From: Candidatus Latescibacterota bacterium
Lineage (GTDB): Bacteria; Latescibacterota; UBA2968
NCBI GenBank assembly: GCA_038279365.1
Contig: JAYODI010000001.1
Span: 182,137-201,523, forward strand
Direction: 5' to 3'
Length of the DNA stretch: 19,387 nt
The notes beneath the pieces are model-generated. The model ran no database searches, was not told where the DNA came from, and saw nothing but the letters and a program-made list of their open reading frames with translations. Positions 15,413 to 19,387 of the stretch are shown here, piece after piece; position 1 is the stretch's first letter, and every line of letters begins with the position of its first letter. The position numbers and the translations under genes were made by a program.

Positions 15413-16510
15413 TTATGAATGGCTCAAAATATCGACAACCCGATCACCAAAGTCACTGGTTGAGAGTATCTTTTTGGGGTCTGTGTTTTTATTGGCCAAT
15501 TCACCAGTGACGTAGCCTTGGTTGAGAATGTCAAACATGGCATTCCACACGGCGTCGGATTCTTCTTGTAAGCCCAAACATTTGTCGAGTAAGAAGGCAA
15601 TACTGCCAATCATGGAATAGGGGTTGGCTTTGTTTTGTCCGGCAATGTCAGGTGCAGAACCGTGTGCGGGTTCCACGTAGCCTTTTTCAGGGCCAATACA
15701 CGCAGAGGGCATAAGGCCGAGGGAGCCGAGGAGGCCACCGGCTTGGTCGGTGAGAATGTCGCCTTGCATATTTTCAAGTAGCATCACGCCGTTGAATTGT
15801 GTGGGGTTGATCACGAGTTGGAAGGCGGCATTGTCAACAATCACAGAGGCATATTCAACGTCGTCATATTCTTTGGCAACTTCTTCGACAATGGCGTTCC
15901 AAAAACGCGAGGTGGCCAAGACGTTGGCTTTGTGCACGTTGGTCATTAAGGCTTTGCGTTTGCGCGCTTCGTCAAAGGCTACTTTGGCAATGTTGCGCAC
16001 TTGTTCTTCGGTGTAAATGCAATCGTCACTGGCATATCGCATGCCTGTAGCACTGCCTTCTACTTTGTCGCCAAAATAAATGCCGCCCACGAGTTCGCGG
16101 ATCATGAGAATGTCGATGCCTTCGCCCACGACGCTGTCGCGAAGGGGTGAGAAGGACGCGAGTCCTTTGGGCAAGCGTACTGGGCGATAGTTTGCGTAGG
16201 TGTTAAAGCGTTTGCGAAGCGGAAGAATGGCACCGAGTTCGGGACGCGATTCTTGAGGGATTTTGTTCATTTCGGCAACCGATAACCCTACGGGGCCTTT
16301 GATAATGGCATCGGCATTGTCACAGATTGCTTTTGTTTTGTCAGGAAAGGGACTGCCTTCATCAAAATAAGAGGCCGCACCAAAAGGAGCGTGTTCGAGC
16401 ACAAATTCGTGGTCATATTTTTTTTCAATGGTGCGAAGCACTTTAATGCCTTCGCGCGTAATTTCGGGGCCGATGCCATCCCCTTCAAGTACTGCGAGTG
16501 TTTTTTTCAT
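15413..16510 (-). CDS. leuB: 3-isopropylmalate dehydrogenase, 365 aa
   Basis: LEGDGIGPEI, RPELGAILPLRK, YANYRPV, IRELVGGIYFG, VHKANVL, VDNAAFQL, NMQGDILTD, GSLGLMPSA, EPAHGSAPDIAGQNKANP. SD AAAGGA. Confidence 0.92.
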   Translation of the reverse strand: MKKTLAVLEGDGIGPEITREGIKVLRTIEKKYDHEFVLEHAPFGAASYFDEGSPFPDKTKAICDNADAIIKGPVGLSVAEMNKIPQESRPELGAILPLRKRFNTYANYRPVRLPKGLASFSPLRDSVVGEGIDILMIRELVGGIYFGDKVEGSATGMRYASDDCIYTEEQVRNIAKVAFDEARKRKALMTNVHKANVLATSRFWNAIVEEVAKEYDDVEYASVIVDNAAFQLVINPTQFNGVMLLENMQGDILTDQAGGLLGSLGLMPSACIGPEKGYVEPAHGSAPDIAGQNKANPYSMIGSIAFLLDKCLGLQEESDAVWNAMFDILNQGYVTGELANKNTDPKKILSTSDFGDRVVDILSHS

Positions 16511-16640
16511 AATGAATCCTTTCTAAAATGAAACACGATTCCATTTGTCGTAAATGTATTGTGGTAGCGTCGTACAAGGTCTTTAAAACGCTGCGAGAGG
16601 ATTGATCTCCCCGCGAATTTTGAGGCAAAGAATAGGGTGA

Positions 16641-16669
16641 ATATTACAATGAATGGAGATGGAAGTCAA
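16641..16669 (-). promoter_or_regulatory. Putative sigma70-type promoter for leuB
   Basis: On the - strand: TTGACT (16669-16664), 17-nt spacer, TAATAT (16646-16641). Confidence 0.6.
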
Positions 16670-16784
16670 AAGATTTCAAGTTTCTATTTGAGGTGTTTTG
16701 ATAGATGTTGTCTGCTGAGGGAGAGAATGGTAAGTTGTCTCGGTGTTTCAATCGACACTTCATTGATCAATAAGGATTTATGGT

Positions 16785-19387
16785 ATGAACAAAAACAGTT
16801 TATTTTACCCTGCTCCGCTTATCGAAAAGGCACAAAAAAACATCGCGCAGTATACTTGGGCAAAAGACATACAAGACCAGATCGTGCAAGATGCCCAACC
16901 TTGGATGCGTTTTTCGGACGATGACCTTTGGGGTTTGATGTTTGGCAACACGCTTAAGCGTTCTTGGATGGTGTGGTCCAATGGGCATTGCCCCGTGTGT
17001 AAAACAAGTGTGCCCATGTATAATTGGGAAATTGATGCGTTGACTCGCCCTTGGAAAGTGCGTTGCCCACATTGCGCTGAAATTTTCCCAAAGAATGATT
17101 TTTATGCGTATTACCAATCGGGACTTGATGAACATCATATTTTTGATGGCGCCTTGGCAGATCGGTCTTTGTTGTTCAATGTTGAACATCCAGATCCCAG
17201 CCAACCTGCGCATCTTTTTGGTGTGGATGATGGTGATGGTTTTCGTGCTGATGATCATATTTGGTGGTTTGTGGCCACATATTTGATTTATGGCCAATGG
17301 AAACAAGTGGTGCAAAAAGGAATTTGCAAGTTGGCCAATGCATATACGGTCACGGGTGATCACGTGTATGCCCATAAGGCGGGGATTATGCTTGATCGCG
17401 TGGCCGATCTTTATCCGACATTTGATTTTAAGGAAGAGGGTGTGCTTTATGAAAAACCTGCGGCGGCGGGGTATGTGTCTACGTGGCATGATGCGTGCGA
17501 AGAAGTGCGTGAATTGATTTTGGCTTATGATCAAATTCGAGAGGTTGTTGCTGAAGATGAGGATCTGGCAACCTTTCTCCAAAAGAAGTCGGAACAGCAT
17601 CAAATAGGTGTGTCGAAGTCGCATCCAGAGGATGTGATGCACAATATTGAAACGCGCATTTTAGGAGAGACGTTGGTAAACTATGATAAAATTCGCTCCA
17701 ATTATCCTCGGCAAGAAATTGCGTTGATTGTCTGTCACACGGTTTTGGAGTGGCCAGAAAACAGAGATGCGGTGATGGGATTGATTGATGAGATGGTGGA
17801 GACGGCCACGGCGGTGGATGGTGTGACGGGTGAAAAAGGATTGGCAGGATATTCTTCGGGAGTGATTCAAAGTTTGGCGCAATTTCTTGAGTTGTTTGGG
17901 CGGGTAGATCCTCACTTTTTAGATGAGATGCTTCAACGGCATCCCAAACTATCACAGACGTATCGGTTTCATATTGATACAATGTGTCTTCAAAATTATT
18001 ATCCGCGCATTGGTGATACGGGTGGGTTTGCACAAAAGACCGAGCAATATGTGGGTGTGTCGTTTTCCAAAAACGCGGGTTTGTTGCCTTCGATGTATTC
18101 TTTTCTTTGGCGTTTGTATGAGCGCACGGGTGATGTGGGATATGTACAGGCTTTGTATCGGGCAAATGGATATGGGGTGGATGGTTTGCCATTTGATTTG
18201 TTTGCTGAAGATTGTGAAGGTTTTCGAAAGTCGGTTCAAGAGATTATCGCAAAAGAAGGATTGGAATTTCACAATGTGAGTGTAAACAAAGAAGGTTGGC
18301 ATTTGGCACTGTTGCGTTCTGGGCAAGGTGGGGATGAGCGCGTGGTGTGGTTGGATTATGACACGGGGGGGCGGCATGGTCATTTGGATGCGTTGAATAT
18401 GGGGCTGTTTGCAAAGGGGTTGGATTTGATGCCCGATTTTGGTTATCCCCCCGTGCATATGGGCGGTTGGGAAGGGGATCTGTTTAACTGGTATCTCAAC
18501 ACACCTGCGCACAATACGGTTGTTGTGGATGGTCAAAATCAGAAGAAGCCGATTGATGGGGTGACCAAGCTTTGGGCAGTGGGCGATTGTTTGCGAGCGA
18601 TCCAAGCATCTTGTGAAGCGGTGTATGATGTTGCGCGATATGAGCGCACCGTTGTGATGGTGGATGTTTCTGATACGGATAGCTATGTGTTGGATGTGTT
18701 TCAGGTTGCCGGTGGGCGTGATCACGCAAAGTTTATGCACAGCCATTTTGGTGAAGTGACGACACATGGTTTGGATTTGCAGGCTGGTGATGATTATGGT
18801 TATCAAACGCAGATGCGCAATTTTCGGTGTGATCTCAGTCCCAAAACAGGGTGGTGGGTCGATTGGTTGGCCGAGGATCGGTTGGGTTATTTAGACGCGG
18901 GCCGAGCGGTCCATGTGCGATATACCGATTTGACCACTCAGGCAGAAGCCCATATTGCCGAAGGGTGGGTGGCGATGGGTTTTAACAATGACAATGTTGC
19001 CTGGATTCCGCGATTGATGGTGCGCCGCCAAAGTGAGGATGCCAATTTGGTTTCGACATTTGTGGGCGTTTGTGAACCGTATGAAGGAAGCTCTCAGATT
19101 GCGTCGATCACGCGTTTGCCGTTGGTGAAGGAAAACGGCGACAGGTGCCCAGATACTTATGTTGCGGTTGAAGTTCAGTTGGTGGATGGACGGTGCGATT
19201 TGTTAATTGTTTCAGATCGTGATGATTTGCAAGATGTTTCTGATGTTGTGATTCAAGAAGCGTGGGGCGTGCGTTTGGCGGGAGAATTAGGCTGGGTAAG
19301 AAAACGAGTGGATGGGACTGTTGAACGGGTACTGTTACATGGCAAAGCGTTGCGCGTTGATCAGGTTGATTTATCTGGTGAAACGGG
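16785..19387 (+). CDS. Large heparinase II/III-like (polysaccharide/oligosaccharide lyase-fold) protein, >867 aa; 3'-truncated by the window edge and absent from the ORF track
   Basis: ATG at 16785 after SD AAGGA. Translated segments at the start, middle and end are all in the same frame: MNKNSLFYPAPLIEKAQKNIAQYTWAK...; YYPRIGDTG; the heparinase II/III-type motif GGRHGHLDALNMGLFAKGLDLMPDFGYP...WYLNTPAHNTVVVDGQNQ (about 18366-18542); YERTVVMV...YVLDVFQVAGG. No stop codon was seen before the window end. Confidence 0.85.
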   Translation, partial: MNKNSLFYPAPLIEKAQKNIAQYTWAKDIQDQIVQDAQPWMRFSDDDLWGLMFGNTLKRSWMVWSNGHCPVCKTSVPMYNWEIDALTRPWKVRCPHCAEIFPKNDFYAYYQSGLDEHHIFDGALADRSLLFNVEHPDPSQPAHLFGVDDGDGFRADDHIWWFVATYLIYGQWKQVVQKGICKLANAYTVTGDHVYAHKAGIMLDRVADLYPTFDFKEEGVLYEKPAAAGYVSTWHDACEEVRELILAYDQIREVVAEDEDLATFLQKKSEQHQIGVSKSHPEDVMHNIETRILGETLVNYDKIRSNYPRQEIALIVCHTVLEWPENRDAVMGLIDEMVETATAVDGVTGEKGLAGYSSGVIQSLAQFLELFGRVDPHFLDEMLQRHPKLSQTYRFHIDTMCLQNYYPRIGDTGGFAQKTEQYVGVSFSKNAGLLPSMYSFLWRLYERTGDVGYVQALYRANGYGVDGLPFDLFAEDCEGFRKSVQEIIAKEGLEFHNVSVNKEGWHLALLRSGQGGDERVVWLDYDTGGRHGHLDALNMGLFAKGLDLMPDFGYPPVHMGGWEGDLFNWYLNTPAHNTVVVDGQNQKKPIDGVTKLWAVGDCLRAIQASCEAVYDVARYERTVVMVDVSDTDSYVLDVFQVAGGRDHAKFMHSHFGEVTTHGLDLQAGDDYGYQTQMRNFRCDLSPKTGWWVDWLAEDRLGYLDAGRAVHVRYTDLTTQAEAHIAEGWVAMGFNNDNVAWIPRLMVRRQSEDANLVSTFVGVCEPYEGSSQIASITRLPLVKENGDRCPDTYVAVEVQLVDGRCDLLIVSDRDDLQDVSDVVIQEAWGVRLAGELGWVRKRVDGTVERVLLHGKALRVDQVDLSGET

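Noticed and set aside
889-16488. Numerous 60-200 aa alternative-frame ORFs overlapping the called genes
   Set aside because: They lie largely within or antisense to well-supported genes, and none shows a recognisable domain.
16511-16640. Classical leucine attenuator peptide or T-box upstream of leuB
   Set aside because: No short ORF with tandem Leu codons, no T-box consensus and no U-tailed terminator were found.
16800-18806. Long - strand ORFs in the track (16800-17642, 17479-18192, 17952-18806)
   Set aside because: They are antisense shadows of the + strand heparinase-like gene, with no recognisable motifs and His/Ile/Pro-rich composition typical of reverse-frame reads.

Overview
Bacterial chromosomal window, gene-dense, with no rRNA, tRNA, CRISPR or transposase seen. 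In order: the 3' part of a methyl-accepting chemotaxis protein (+); a PhyH-family Fe(II)/2-oxoglutarate dioxygenase (-); a four-gene + strand operon with its own promoter and terminator, encoding a DsrM/NarI-like dihaem cytochrome b, a DsrK/HdrD-like Fe-S/CCG protein, a class V PLP cysteine desulfurase and a DsrC-family sulfur carrier with both C-terminal cysteines (CX10C); a - strand mqnB-mqnD-garR/glxR cluster; nagA (+); a - strand gamma-glutamylcyclotransferase-fold gene coupled to potABCD; pgl and leuB (-); and a >867-codon heparinase II/III-like ORF (+) that runs off the window end and is missing from the ORF track. The best candidate for an undescribed system is the dsrM-dsrK-desulfurase-dsrC operon, which has no dsrAB, dsrJOP or dsrEFH. 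Hypothetically, the desulfurase rather than sulfite reductase loads sulfur onto DsrC, and DsrMK links it to the quinone pool. Its gene junctions carry inverted heptamer tandem-repeat elements, one of which recurs about 10 kb away. All product calls come from motif recognition by eye; no database searches were run.
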